Shown: positions 1 through 9,432 of the stretch, piece by piece | Layout: each line of letters opens with the position of its first letter | How positions within the stretch are numbered: the stretch's first letter is position 1 | Notes under the pieces: generated by a model | Seen by the model: only the letters and a program-made list of their open reading frames with translations | What the model was told of the DNA's origin: nothing | Databases searched by the model: none | Source of the DNA: an uncultured Clostridium sp. | GTDB taxonomy: Bacteria > Bacillota > Clostridia > TANB77 > CAG-508 | NCBI GenBank assembly: GCA_900553755.1 | Contig: USEX01000003.1 | Span: 6,233-70,232, forward strand | Reading direction: 5' to 3' | DNA length: 64,000 bases | Translations under genes and position numbers: made by a program

Positions 1-97
1 CACTATAATGCTTTTTTCGTCAACTTTGAGCGAAATGTAACAAAAAAGATATAATTGTAATATTTTTGCAATTTATTACAAATTATATCTTTTAACT

Positions 98-1465
98 TTA
101 TATATTTTCTAAAGCCCTATCTGCCAATTTTGTATATCTTAATTTTTTATCTCTTATTTTTTCACCATCTAATTCTGGTAATATTCCAAAATTTGCATTC
201 ATTGGCTGAAATTTTTCGTTTTCTGTGGATATATACTTTGCAAGAGCTCCTATCACAGTTTCTTTTGGAAATTGTTTTTTGCTTTTTCCTAATATCATAT
301 TGGCAGCATTTATTCCGGCTACTAATCCAGAAGAAATTGATTCCACATATCCTTCTACTCCAGTAATTTGTCCTGCAAAAAATATGTTGTTATTACTTTT
401 TAAATTATAAGTATTGTCTAGTAGTTTCGTAGAATTTATAAACATGTTTCTATGCATTACACCATACTTCATAAACTCAGCATTTTCTAAGCCCGGAATC
501 ATACTAAATACTCTTTTTTGCTCACCAAATTTCAAATTAGTTTGAAAGCCCACCATATTGTATAATGTGCCCTCTTCATTATCTTGCCTTAATTGAACAA
601 CTGCATATGGTCTATAACCTGTGCGTAGATCTGTAAATCCCATTGGTTTTAGAGGACCATATCTTAATGTATCCATACCCCTTTTTGCCATTACTTCTAC
701 TGGCATACAGCCTTCGAAAATTTCACTTTTTTCAAATTGATGCAACTCTACAACTTCTGCAGATACAAGTTCATTCCAAAACTTCTCATATTCTTCTTTA
801 TTTAATGGAAGATTTATATAGCTTTTATCAATTTCTTTACACTGTTTTATTTTTTCCTTCCACTCTTCAACATTTTCTTCTTTAGGTCTCTCTTGTTCAT
901 ATCTATTGCCCCAAAATGCTATATTAAAATTTATGCTATCTTTTGATATTATCGGAGCTGCAGCATCATAAAAATGTAAATCTTCTTGTCCAGTAAACTC
1001 TAATATTTCTTTTGATAAATTATCAGATGTTAATGGTCCCGTTGCAATTACTACTATATTATTTTGTATTAATTCCTTTAAAGTAAGACCATTTTCACCT
1101 ATTTCTTGCCTTATTACTTCTATGTTGCTATTGTTTTCTATTTCTGCTGTTACTTTTTGTGCAAATTTTTCTCTATCCACTGCTAAGGCTTGTCCTGCTG
1201 GCACTGATGTTTCATCTGCAATTTTTATTAATAGCGAATCCAAAATGCGTAATTCTTCTTTTAATACGCCACAAGCATTTGTATGTAGATTAGACTTGAA
1301 TGAATTGCTACATACAATTTCTGCTAAATCAGCATTTGAATGTGCTGGAGAAAATTTATATGGTTTCATTTCATAAAGTTTTACTTTTATTCCTCTTTTT
1401 GCAATCTGGTATGCTGCCTCACATCCTGCCAATCCACCACCAATTACTATTATTTCTTTTTCCAT
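98..1465 (-). CDS. trmFO: Folate/FAD-dependent tRNA (uracil54-C5)-methyltransferase TrmFO (Gid family)
   Basis: 455-aa ORF with an N-terminal FAD dinucleotide-binding motif (VIGGGLAGCEAA). Gid/TrmFO-like over its full length. TAA stop. Confidence 0.9.
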   Translation of the reverse strand: MEKEIIVIGGGLAGCEAAYQIAKRGIKVKLYEMKPYKFSPAHSNADLAEIVCSNSFKSNLHTNACGVLKEELRILDSLLIKIADETSVPAGQALAVDREKFAQKVTAEIENNSNIEVIRQEIGENGLTLKELIQNNIVVIATGPLTSDNLSKEILEFTGQEDLHFYDAAAPIISKDSINFNIAFWGNRYEQERPKEENVEEWKEKIKQCKEIDKSYINLPLNKEEYEKFWNELVSAEVVELHQFEKSEIFEGCMPVEVMAKRGMDTLRYGPLKPMGFTDLRTGYRPYAVVQLRQDNEEGTLYNMVGFQTNLKFGEQKRVFSMIPGLENAEFMKYGVMHRNMFINSTKLLDNTYNLKSNNNIFFAGQITGVEGYVESISSGLVAGINAANMILGKSKKQFPKETVIGALAKYISTENEKFQPMNANFGILPELDGEKIRDKKLRYTKLADRALENI

Positions 1466-1481
1466 AAAAGTTCCTCTTTCA

Positions 1482-2081
1482 TTACATTTTACAATATTCT
1501 AGTCCACTAGTTAATTCCATTAGGCTTCCTATATCTATATTTTCATAATAATTATCTAAACTTAAATTATCACTTACCTTTTTTAGTGACAACAATTTTA
1601 TTCCATGGATGCAGCATATTAAGTATATAGAATGTAATTCCATATCAAAAAGTACATCCTCTGATATAGTTGTACCTGTTACAAATTTTTCAGCTGTATA
1701 ACATGGTAATTTACTTATTTTTTCATTTTCAATTTTTACTATTAATTCTTTATTATCAATTCCATCCATGGTATATTTTTCTTCACCAGGAATTTCCCAT
1801 TCATAATTATATATTTCTCTTACATTTACCCATGTTCCTATTTCTGAATTTGTAGAACCCGCATAGCCTAAATTTATGATAATATCAGGCTTTTCATAAT
1901 TTTCCATATATATTGCTAAATTCATCGCAACACGTTGTTTTCCTATTCCAGTTATTAATAAACGTGTTGAGCCTTTTTCATATATTTTAAGCTTGGCGCC
2001 TTCAATCTTTTTTAATTCTAATTCCTTCACTATACCTTTTGCCTCTTTTTCCATGGCAATCACATATAAAATATTCTTCAT
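1482..2081 (-). CDS. Diverged MTA/SAH-nucleosidase-like protein (PNP_UDP_1 fold)
   Basis: Landmarks in Pfs/MtnN order: AMEKEA, ITGIGK, INLGYAGS, DMELHSI, KVSDN. I chose the ATG at 2081 because it has an AAGGGGA RBS; the TTG at 2099 is less likely. It lies 10 nt after the SNF2 stop and 16 nt before trmFO. Confidence 0.6.
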   Translation of the reverse strand: MKNILYVIAMEKEAKGIVKELELKKIEGAKLKIYEKGSTRLLITGIGKQRVAMNLAIYMENYEKPDIIINLGYAGSTNSEIGTWVNVREIYNYEWEIPGEEKYTMDGIDNKELIVKIENEKISKLPCYTAEKFVTGTTISEDVLFDMELHSIYLICCIHGIKLLSLKKVSDNLSLDNYYENIDIGSLMELTSGLEYCKM

Positions 2082-2091
2082 AAAATTCCCC

Positions 2092-5046
2092 TTATTCAAA
2101 TAAACTTAGTATCTCTTCTTTTGATAATTTATTTATAAATGTTTGCTTTGTAGATAACATTGTATCTATTAGTGTTTCTTTTCTTTTTTGTAATTCATAT
2201 ATTTTTTCTTCAATTGAATCTTTGGTTATTAGCTTATAAACTTGTACATTTCTTTTCTGTCCAATCCTGTATGTTCTATCTGTTGCCTGGTTTTCAGCAG
2301 ATAAATTCCACCAAGGGTCGTAATGTATTACCATATCTGCACTTGTTAGATTAAGTCCTGTTCCTCCCGCTTTTAGTGAAATCAAGAAAACTTTAATTTC
2401 GTCATTCTTATTAAACTCATCTACCAAATCCATTCTCTCGCTTACTTTAGTTTGACCTGTTAATTTCAAATATTTTATGTTCTGATTTTTTAATTCTTTC
2501 TCAATAATGTCAAACATTGATGTATAACCAGAAAACAATAATGTTTTATGGTCAGAGTTTATGGCATCTCTTAAAATTTCCAAACACTGATTTAGCTTGC
2601 CGCTTTCGCCTTTATATTTATCTATAAACAAACTTGGGTGGCAACATATTTGTCTTAATCTTGTAAGCAGTGCTAGTATTTTAATCTGACTTTTCTCTAT
2701 ACCATTTTCTTTTATCTCATCTTCAACATTTTTCTTTGCTCTTGCTAGATAAGCCATATATATTTCTTTTTGTTCTTCAGTCATTTGGCTATTTAATACA
2801 GTAACCGTTTTATCTGGCAACTCTGTTAGAACTTCTTTCTTTATTCTTCTTAAAACAAATGGATTTATTAGCCTTTTTAGTTTTTTCATTGCTTCTTGAT
2901 CATTGTCTTTTATTATAGGGGTTTCATATAATTCTTTAAATTTCTTATAAGAAAATAAGTATCCAGGCATTATAAAATCAAAGATAGACCATAATTCAGC
3001 TAATGAATTTTCTATAGGTGTTCCTGTTAAAGCGTATTTTGTTTCTGCTTTTATTTCTTTAATCGTTTTCGCATTTTGAGTATTATTATTTTTTATATAT
3101 TGTGCTTCATCTGCAACTATATATTTAAACTCGTAATTATATTTTTTATACTCTTCTATGTCTCTTTTTAATAATTCATATGATGTGATTATTACATTAT
3201 AATCTAGTATTTCCTTTATCTGTTTTTGTCTTTCTTCTAATGTGCCATGTATTACAAGTGAGCTAATTCCACTTGTAAATTTGTTTATTTCACTTTGCCA
3301 ATTCAACGAAAGCGAGCTTGGGCAAACAATTAATGTTTGTTTTGGATTATTATTGTTTTCAATATATGTTGCAATCACACTCAATATTTGAATTGTTTTT
3401 CCTAATCCCATATCATCTGCTAAAATTCCGCCTATTCCGTATTCATCCAATGCTGTCAACCAGTTAAATCCAATTATTTGATATTCTCTTAATGATGCTT
3501 TCAAATATTTTGACATAGGTTTATTTAATTCTACCTTTGTTTTTGTTAGCCCTCCAACAAATTCCTTATAACTTGCATCTCTATTTGCATTTATAAATTC
3601 GTTTTTCTCCAAAACTTTTTCCAAATAAAATGACCTGTATATAGGCAATTTTATTCTATTATCCTTTATTTTTGAATAATCTATATCTATGTCTTTTGTT
3701 ATGTTCTGAATGAACTCTATATTTTCATTTTCTTCTAAATTTATAAAGCTTCCATCCTTTAATCTATGGAATTTTCTTTTCAATTTATACTTTCGCATTA
3801 TCTCTTGTAATTCTTTTGTATCAAAGTTTAAATTACTTAAATCTATATCTATTAAATTATTCTCTATCTTTACTCCTACAGAAACTCTTTGCTCTTTTTT
3901 TATCTGCTTCTCTTTAAATTTGTCCGTTGCAAGAACTTCAAAGTTCTGCATATACATTTCTATATCTTTAGATAAAAAATCATAAATTCTATTTTCATCT
4001 GCTAGTATCAGCCTGCTGTTCTTTTGATCATACATGAATCCACTCTTTAACAACATATCCACTAATTTAGATTCTTTTACTCCATTTCTTGGAATGTTGA
4101 TATTTTGCTCTATATCTAGCGGATTTATTTCTACATCATCATACACAAACCTTATATCTGCAATTATATAATTTTTTTCATTATAATCTAAAAACATTTT
4201 AGCGTATAACTCAGCTGGTATATATTGCTTTATTTCTTGATATTCCTTATCATCTATTTTTATGTTTTTCTTTATATATGGTTCAACTGTTGCAAAAAAA
4301 TTCGGTAATTCTTTTTGTGGTAAAACTATTTCATTTATAAAGTTTTTTCTATATATTTCAAGCATCTCTAATACTGTTTTATCATATTGCTTGCTGCATC
4401 TGTATATTTTTTTATCCAATAATACATATGTGTATTTTCTTCCTTCAAAAATTTTATAATTTGATTCTTTTATATTTGTAGTTATAGCAAATTCTTTTTC
4501 ACCTTTTTTATTCAAAAAGAATTCAATATTAGGCTCTTTTTCCACAAATTCTACAGATATTGAAGATTTTTCATCTTCCATTATAGCTGTTTTGTTTTTT
4601 AGTACCTCAAATAACTCATCTATTCCCGTATTAGATATTAATATACAATCTTCTCCTAATCTTTTGGTATAATATTCATAATCATTTGAAGCTTCATTTG
4701 AGTATTTTATTATTTCTGCATATTTTAATATATAATCTAACAAAGCTCTATATTCTGGTGCAAACGCTTCCTTTGTATGTATAAACTCTAATTTGCTACC
4801 ATATTTGTAATTTTCCCTTTTTAAGAATCTATCATAAAATTCTGGGAGGCTTTTTACTTTATATAACTGCGTTTCGCCTATTTTTATTTGTATTTTTAAT
4901 GTGTTATTAAATTTGTTATACACTATTTTCGGCTCTATTTTTAAATTTCCTGCGCTTTTTAATTTTTCTTGTTTATCTTCATCATTTGTAATATTTTTAA
5001 ATGTTTTTATCAATTGATTAAAGGCTCTATATATGGAACTAGGCAT
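2092..5046 (-). CDS. SNF2-family helicase with a long N-terminal bacterial SNF2-associated region
   Basis: Helicase motifs LADDMGLGKT (I), DEAQYIKN (II), TGTPIEN, LKAGGTGLNLTSADMVIHYDPWWN and QATDRTYRIGQ (VI). ATG at 5046 is preceded by AAAGGAG. Confidence 0.9.
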   Translation of the reverse strand: MPSSIYRAFNQLIKTFKNITNDEDKQEKLKSAGNLKIEPKIVYNKFNNTLKIQIKIGETQLYKVKSLPEFYDRFLKRENYKYGSKLEFIHTKEAFAPEYRALLDYILKYAEIIKYSNEASNDYEYYTKRLGEDCILISNTGIDELFEVLKNKTAIMEDEKSSISVEFVEKEPNIEFFLNKKGEKEFAITTNIKESNYKIFEGRKYTYVLLDKKIYRCSKQYDKTVLEMLEIYRKNFINEIVLPQKELPNFFATVEPYIKKNIKIDDKEYQEIKQYIPAELYAKMFLDYNEKNYIIADIRFVYDDVEINPLDIEQNINIPRNGVKESKLVDMLLKSGFMYDQKNSRLILADENRIYDFLSKDIEMYMQNFEVLATDKFKEKQIKKEQRVSVGVKIENNLIDIDLSNLNFDTKELQEIMRKYKLKRKFHRLKDGSFINLEENENIEFIQNITKDIDIDYSKIKDNRIKLPIYRSFYLEKVLEKNEFINANRDASYKEFVGGLTKTKVELNKPMSKYLKASLREYQIIGFNWLTALDEYGIGGILADDMGLGKTIQILSVIATYIENNNNPKQTLIVCPSSLSLNWQSEINKFTSGISSLVIHGTLEERQKQIKEILDYNVIITSYELLKRDIEEYKKYNYEFKYIVADEAQYIKNNNTQNAKTIKEIKAETKYALTGTPIENSLAELWSIFDFIMPGYLFSYKKFKELYETPIIKDNDQEAMKKLKRLINPFVLRRIKKEVLTELPDKTVTVLNSQMTEEQKEIYMAYLARAKKNVEDEIKENGIEKSQIKILALLTRLRQICCHPSLFIDKYKGESGKLNQCLEILRDAINSDHKTLLFSGYTSMFDIIEKELKNQNIKYLKLTGQTKVSERMDLVDEFNKNDEIKVFLISLKAGGTGLNLTSADMVIHYDPWWNLSAENQATDRTYRIGQKRNVQVYKLITKDSIEEKIYELQKRKETLIDTMLSTKQTFINKLSKEEILSLFE

Positions 5047-5138
5047 CAAAAACTCTCCTTTTAATCGCAAATTTTAATATGCTTTACTAATGTTCTATTA
5101 TACAATATCTGTTATGGTTTTGCAACCACTATTCATCT

Positions 5139-5169
5139 AAAAAAAGACCTAGCTTTTGCAAGCTAAGCC
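5139..5169 (-). terminator. Rho-independent terminator after the small membrane-protein gene
   Basis: On the minus strand, GGCUUAGCUU-GCAA-AAGCUAGGUC forms a 10-bp stem (two G-U pairs) followed by a U7 run. Confidence 0.7.
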
Positions 5170-5185
5170 TTTTTATTCCGTAATT

Positions 5186-5431
5186 CTAACAGTAGTTTCT
5201 TTCTTTTTTGCATATTTTATAAATTATTGTTATTACTAATATTATTCCAAGCACTATTGCTAGAACTATTACTGCTGCTAATGCTGCCAATATAGTTTCG
5301 CTTATAGCTGCTCCTATTATAGCTCCTATTACTCCGAAGAATAAAACTGCTAATATCGCTATTATTAATGCAAAACAATTTCTTTTCTTGCAACATTTTT
5401 TCTCAAAGTAGCAATTTTCTTGTGGCTCCAT
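5186..5431 (-). CDS. Small membrane protein with two TM helices flanked by Cys-rich tails (hypothetical)
   Basis: 81 aa from the ATG at 5431, with an AGGAGG RBS 8 nt upstream. Hydrophobic core is ALIIAILAVLFFGVIGAIIGAAI...AAVIVLAIVLGIILVITIIY. Cys-rich ends are CYFEKKCCKKRNC and CKKERNYC. Has its own terminator. No family recognised. Confidence 0.5.
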   Translation of the reverse strand: MEPQENCYFEKKCCKKRNCFALIIAILAVLFFGVIGAIIGAAISETILAALAAVIVLAIVLGIILVITIIYKICKKERNYC

Positions 5432-5505
5432 AGAAGTCACCTCCTATATAACATCTCTTGTGATGTTATATTATATACTATGTTTTTTAGACATTTTTTG
5501 ACACA

Positions 5506-7602
5506 TTATTTTGATAATATTCTAATTGCATTTAATACTGTAATAAGTGTTGCTCCTACATCTGCAAAAACCGCTTCCCACATATTTGCAATTCCAAATA
5601 TGCTTAATACCAACACTAATATTTTTATTCCTATTGAGAAAGTTAAATTTTGTTTTATTATTCTACTTGTCTTTTTAGAAATATTAATAGCCTCATTTAT
5701 TTTTTCTATTGCATCAGTCATTATTACAACATCAGAAGCTTCAATGGCCACTTGAGACCCAACTCCGCCCATTGATATTCCAATATCAGATAATGCTAGT
5801 ACTGGTGAATCGTTTATTCCGTCTCCTACAAATGCTACCTTTGCATTCGGTTCTTTATATTTGGCAATTTCTTTTTCTAATTTTGTATATTTATCGTTTG
5901 GCAACATTTCTGCTTTATATTCTTTTATTCCTAATTCTTCTGCTATTTTCGAAGCTACTTCTTTGTTGTCACCTGTAAACATTTTTGTTACTATACCTTT
6001 TTCATTTAATTTTGCTATTGCTTCTTTAGTTCCTTCTTTTATTTCATCTTTTAAATAAATACTACCTGCTAATTCTTCATCTATTTTTACATATATTTTT
6101 GTGCTATCCACTTTTTCAGTTTCTTTACCAACTAAACTGCTATTGCCAACCAAAATTGTTTTTCCATCTATTACATATTTGATACCTTTTCCTGCAATTT
6201 CCTCATAATTACTTACTCTAGATTTATCTGCATTTATATTAAAATGACCAACTATTGATTTTGCAATAGGATGGTTTGAAAAGCTTTCTCCTAAAACTGC
6301 AAATTCTAACACTTCATCTTTTGTAAAATTATTTGTAGATAGTTCTACTTTATCTATTACGAATTCGCCTTTTGTTAAAGTTCCAGTTTTATCAAAAACA
6401 ATTTCTTTTATATCTTTTATTCCATCTAAATAGTCACTACCTTTTATTAATATTCCTTCTTTAGATGATTTTCCTATTCCAGAAAAATAGCATAGTGGTA
6501 CAGATATTGCAATAGCGCATGGGCATGATATTACTAGGAATATTAAAGCTCTATATATACTTCCATTTTCTGTTCCATATGGCACATTAGATATTAATGG
6601 TAAAAAGATTGCAACCAATGCTGCTATTCCTAAAACTATTGGTGTATATATTTTAGCTGCTTTATTTACAAAAGTTTCTGTTTTGGCTTTTTTATCTGTT
6701 GCATTTTCTACTAATTCTAGTATTTTGCTTACAGTACTATTTTCGTATTTTTCTGTAACTTTTATTTCTAGTAGTCCTTCTAGAACAACGCTTCCAGAAA
6801 GCACTTCAGATTCTTCGCTTACATCTTGAGGTTTAGATTCTCCTGTTAATGATGCAGTATTTAAGCTAGCATTTCCTTTTACTACAATTCCATCTAGTGG
6901 TATTTTTTCGCCTTGTTTTACAACAACAATATCACCAATTTCAACATCTGCTGGGCTAACCACTTTTATATCATTATCTGTTTTTAAGTTTGCATATTCT
7001 GGCTTTATATCCATTAAATCAGAAATTGATTTTCTTGTTTTATTTATAGCTTTTTCTTCTAGAATTTTGCCTATTTCATATAAAACAATTACCATAAGGC
7101 CTTCTGAATGCTTACCTACTAGATATGCACCTATACAAGATATTGTAATTAATAAATTTTCATTTATTGTTTTACTCTTGAATAAGAATTTTATTGCATT
7201 TTTTGTTGTTCTATATAGCAATATTGCATATCCTAAAATTATTAAGATTATTGATAATACTTTTGGCATTGGAAGATATAATCCTACAACCGCAACTATA
7301 GTTCCTATCACCAATCTTAATATGTGTAATAAAAATTTAGATTTATTTTCATTTTGTTTTTTCTCATTTTTTAAATCTTTTATTTTGTCTTCTGCACTAA
7401 TTAATTCTACATCTGGTTCTAATGATTTTACAAGTTTTTCTACTTTTTCTCTTGATACCGTATCTGTTTCATAGCTTAGTTTCTGTTTTGCAAAATTAAC
7501 AGATGCATTTTCTATTCCTTTTACTTTACCTAGTTCTACTTGAATTTTATTTGCACAGTTTGCACAATCTAATCCAACTATATCGTATTCGTATTTTTTC
7601 AT
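5506..7602 (-). CDS. P1B-type heavy-metal-translocating ATPase (Zn/Cd/Co class)
   Basis: N-terminal HMA domain (GLDCANCANKI), membrane CPC motif (SCPCAIAIS), DKTGTLT phosphorylation site, and GDGINDSP. Confidence 0.9.
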   Translation of the reverse strand: MKKYEYDIVGLDCANCANKIQVELGKVKGIENASVNFAKQKLSYETDTVSREKVEKLVKSLEPDVELISAEDKIKDLKNEKKQNENKSKFLLHILRLVIGTIVAVVGLYLPMPKVLSIILIILGYAILLYRTTKNAIKFLFKSKTINENLLITISCIGAYLVGKHSEGLMVIVLYEIGKILEEKAINKTRKSISDLMDIKPEYANLKTDNDIKVVSPADVEIGDIVVVKQGEKIPLDGIVVKGNASLNTASLTGESKPQDVSEESEVLSGSVVLEGLLEIKVTEKYENSTVSKILELVENATDKKAKTETFVNKAAKIYTPIVLGIAALVAIFLPLISNVPYGTENGSIYRALIFLVISCPCAIAISVPLCYFSGIGKSSKEGILIKGSDYLDGIKDIKEIVFDKTGTLTKGEFVIDKVELSTNNFTKDEVLEFAVLGESFSNHPIAKSIVGHFNINADKSRVSNYEEIAGKGIKYVIDGKTILVGNSSLVGKETEKVDSTKIYVKIDEELAGSIYLKDEIKEGTKEAIAKLNEKGIVTKMFTGDNKEVASKIAEELGIKEYKAEMLPNDKYTKLEKEIAKYKEPNAKVAFVGDGINDSPVLALSDIGISMGGVGSQVAIEASDVVIMTDAIEKINEAINISKKTSRIIKQNLTFSIGIKILVLVLSIFGIANMWEAVFADVGATLITVLNAIRILSK

Positions 7603-7616
7603 TCTACTCTCCTTCT

Positions 7617-7976
7617 TTAATTTTCTTCTATATGCTCTTTGCCAATTTCAAAAATTTCTTTTACATGTTCATCATCTAAGCTATAATACACAGCTTTACC
7701 ATCTTTCCTTATTTTAACTAATTTTGCTTGCTTTAAAACTCTTAATTGGTGTGATATGGCAGATGGTGTTGAACTTGTAATTGCAGCTATTTCTGATACA
7801 TTTAATTCATCTTGCAACAATGCCGCTATAATTTTCATTCTTGTAGAATCACCAAAAACTTTAAAGCTTTCTGCTACATCGAATATTAATTCATCATCTG
7901 GCATAATATTTTTTATTTTATTTACTTTTTCTAAGTTAATACTTAGCTGTTCAACATTCTCTTCAATATTTTCCAT
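7617..7976 (-). CDS. ArsR/SmtB-family metalloregulator with an alpha5-type site and no cysteines
   Basis: wHTH region is STRMKIIAALL..LNVSEIAA...SAISHQLRVLKQAKLV. C-terminal DEH-x10-H-x2-E (LDDEHVKEIFEIGKEHIEE) matches the SmtB/CzrA alpha5 D-x-H-x10-H-x2-E/H spacing. The ATG at 7976 has an AAAGGAG RBS. Confidence 0.8.
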   Translation of the reverse strand: MENIEENVEQLSINLEKVNKIKNIMPDDELIFDVAESFKVFGDSTRMKIIAALLQDELNVSEIAAITSSTPSAISHQLRVLKQAKLVKIRKDGKAVYYSLDDEHVKEIFEIGKEHIEEN

Positions 7977-7989
7977 TTTCGCTCCTTTC

Positions 7990-8009
7990 ATTTGAATATT
8001 TGTTCATAT
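7990..8009. promoter_or_regulatory. Candidate ArsR/SmtB operator (imperfect inverted repeat TGAAcaaataTTCA)
   Basis: ATTTGAATATTTGTTCATAT matches its own reverse complement at 14 of 20 positions. It lies just upstream of the repressor RBS and resembles the TGAACA-type half sites of CzrA/SmtB boxes. Confidence 0.4.
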
Positions 8010-8100
8010 GTTTATTATATGTTTTATGATACAATTTTGTCAATAGATTTTTATATCTTTTTTAACAAAAAAAACTTATGTCTGCTAATATTTAAAACTA

Positions 8101-8129
8101 TTGTAATATCTCTCTTTCTGTGGTAAAAT
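8101..8129 (+). promoter_or_regulatory. Sigma-A type promoter for tyrS
   Basis: TTGTAA, 17-nt spacer, TAAAAT, with a TGn extended -10 (tgGTAAAAT), about 30 nt upstream of the tyrS RBS. Confidence 0.55.
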
Positions 8130-8161
8130 GTAAATTATATTTGATAATTGGAGGAGATTAA

Positions 8162-9382
8162 ATGGAAAAAGTTAATGTTTTTGACGTTTTAGAAGAACGT
8201 GGATATATAGAGCAAATGACTCATCCTGATGAAATAAAAAAATTATTTGGAGAAAAATCTGTTTCTTTTTATATTGGAATAGACCCTACTGCAGATAGTT
8301 TGCACGTAGGTCACTTTGTTTCATTAATGGTTGCTGGTCATATGCAAAGATGTGGTCATAAACCCATTATATTAGTTGGTGGAGGAACTGCTGTTATTGG
8401 CGACCCATCTGGAAAAACAGATATGCGTAAGATGCTTTCAAGAGAAACTATAGACAATAATGTTAAATGTATAAAAAAGCAAATTGAAAAATTTGTTAGC
8501 TTTGAAGGAGAAAATGCAGCAATTATAGTTAATAATGCAGATTGGCTACTTGATTTAAAATATGTTGATTTCATGCGTGAAATTGGTTCTCTATTTTCAG
8601 TAAATAAAATGCTTTCTGCTGAATGCTATAAAACAAGAATGGAAAATGGTTTAACATTCTTTGAGCTTGGTTATATGCTTATGCAATCTTACGACTTTTT
8701 ACATTTATATAATGAATATGGATGTAAACTAGAGATGGGCGGAAACGACCAATGGTCTAATATAATCGGTGGAGTTGAGCTAATTAGAAAAATTGGAAAA
8801 GATGATTCTTATGGTTTAACATTTAAGCTTCTTACAACCAAAGAAGGCAAGAAAATGGGAAAAACAGAAAAAGGAGCATTATGGTTAGACCCAGAAAAAA
8901 CTTCTCCATATGAATTTTACCAATATTGGAGAAATATAGAAGACGAAAGTGTAAAAAAGGTTCTTTGTCTTCTTACATATTTGCCAATGGAAAGAATTAA
9001 TGAATTAACTTCTGTAAATGATGAAAGAATAAATGAAGCTAAAAAAGTAGCTGCTTATGAAATAACTAAGCTTGTTCATGGAGAAGAAGAAGCAACGAAA
9101 GCCGAAGCTGCAAGTAATGCTTTATTTGAAGGAAAAGGTAACTTGGAACATATACCAACAGTAAAATTACAGAATTCAAATTGCAGCATATTAGATGCAA
9201 TTATAGAATCTGGTATAGCTCCTTCAAAATCTCAAGCAAGAACTTTAATTAACCAGAATGGAATTTCTTTAAATGATAATGTAATTTCTGATGTTAATTA
9301 CACTCTTTCGGATTATGATTTTAAAGAAGGATATGCAATATTAAAGAAAGGCAAAAAAATATTCTATAAATTAGAGAAATAA
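8162..9382 (+). CDS. tyrS: Tyrosine--tRNA ligase
   Basis: HIGH-type motif (SLHVGHF), KMSKS-type motif (KKMGKT) and a C-terminal S4-like domain. GGAGGAG RBS. Confidence 0.95.
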   Translation: MEKVNVFDVLEERGYIEQMTHPDEIKKLFGEKSVSFYIGIDPTADSLHVGHFVSLMVAGHMQRCGHKPIILVGGGTAVIGDPSGKTDMRKMLSRETIDNNVKCIKKQIEKFVSFEGENAAIIVNNADWLLDLKYVDFMREIGSLFSVNKMLSAECYKTRMENGLTFFELGYMLMQSYDFLHLYNEYGCKLEMGGNDQWSNIIGGVELIRKIGKDDSYGLTFKLLTTKEGKKMGKTEKGALWLDPEKTSPYEFYQYWRNIEDESVKKVLCLLTYLPMERINELTSVNDERINEAKKVAAYEITKLVHGEEEATKAEAASNALFEGKGNLEHIPTVKLQNSNCSILDAIIESGIAPSKSQARTLINQNGISLNDNVISDVNYTLSDYDFKEGYAILKKGKKIFYKLEK

Positions 9383-9388
9383 TTCAAT

Positions 9389-9432
9389 AGAAAAACACAA
9401 GTTGCTTAATTTAACAACTTGTGCTTTTTTTA
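9389..9432. terminator. Bidirectional terminator between the convergent tyrS and mnmA genes
   Basis: CACAAGTTG-loop-CAACTTGTG forms a 9-bp stem flanked by an A-run on the left and a T-run on the right. Confidence 0.75.

Noticed and set aside
7992-8161. A T-box riboswitch would be expected upstream of tyrS in a Firmicute.
   Set aside because: The leader is only about 30 nt from the predicted promoter. It contains no T-box consensus (AGGGTGGNACCGCG-like) and no specifier, terminator or antiterminator architecture.
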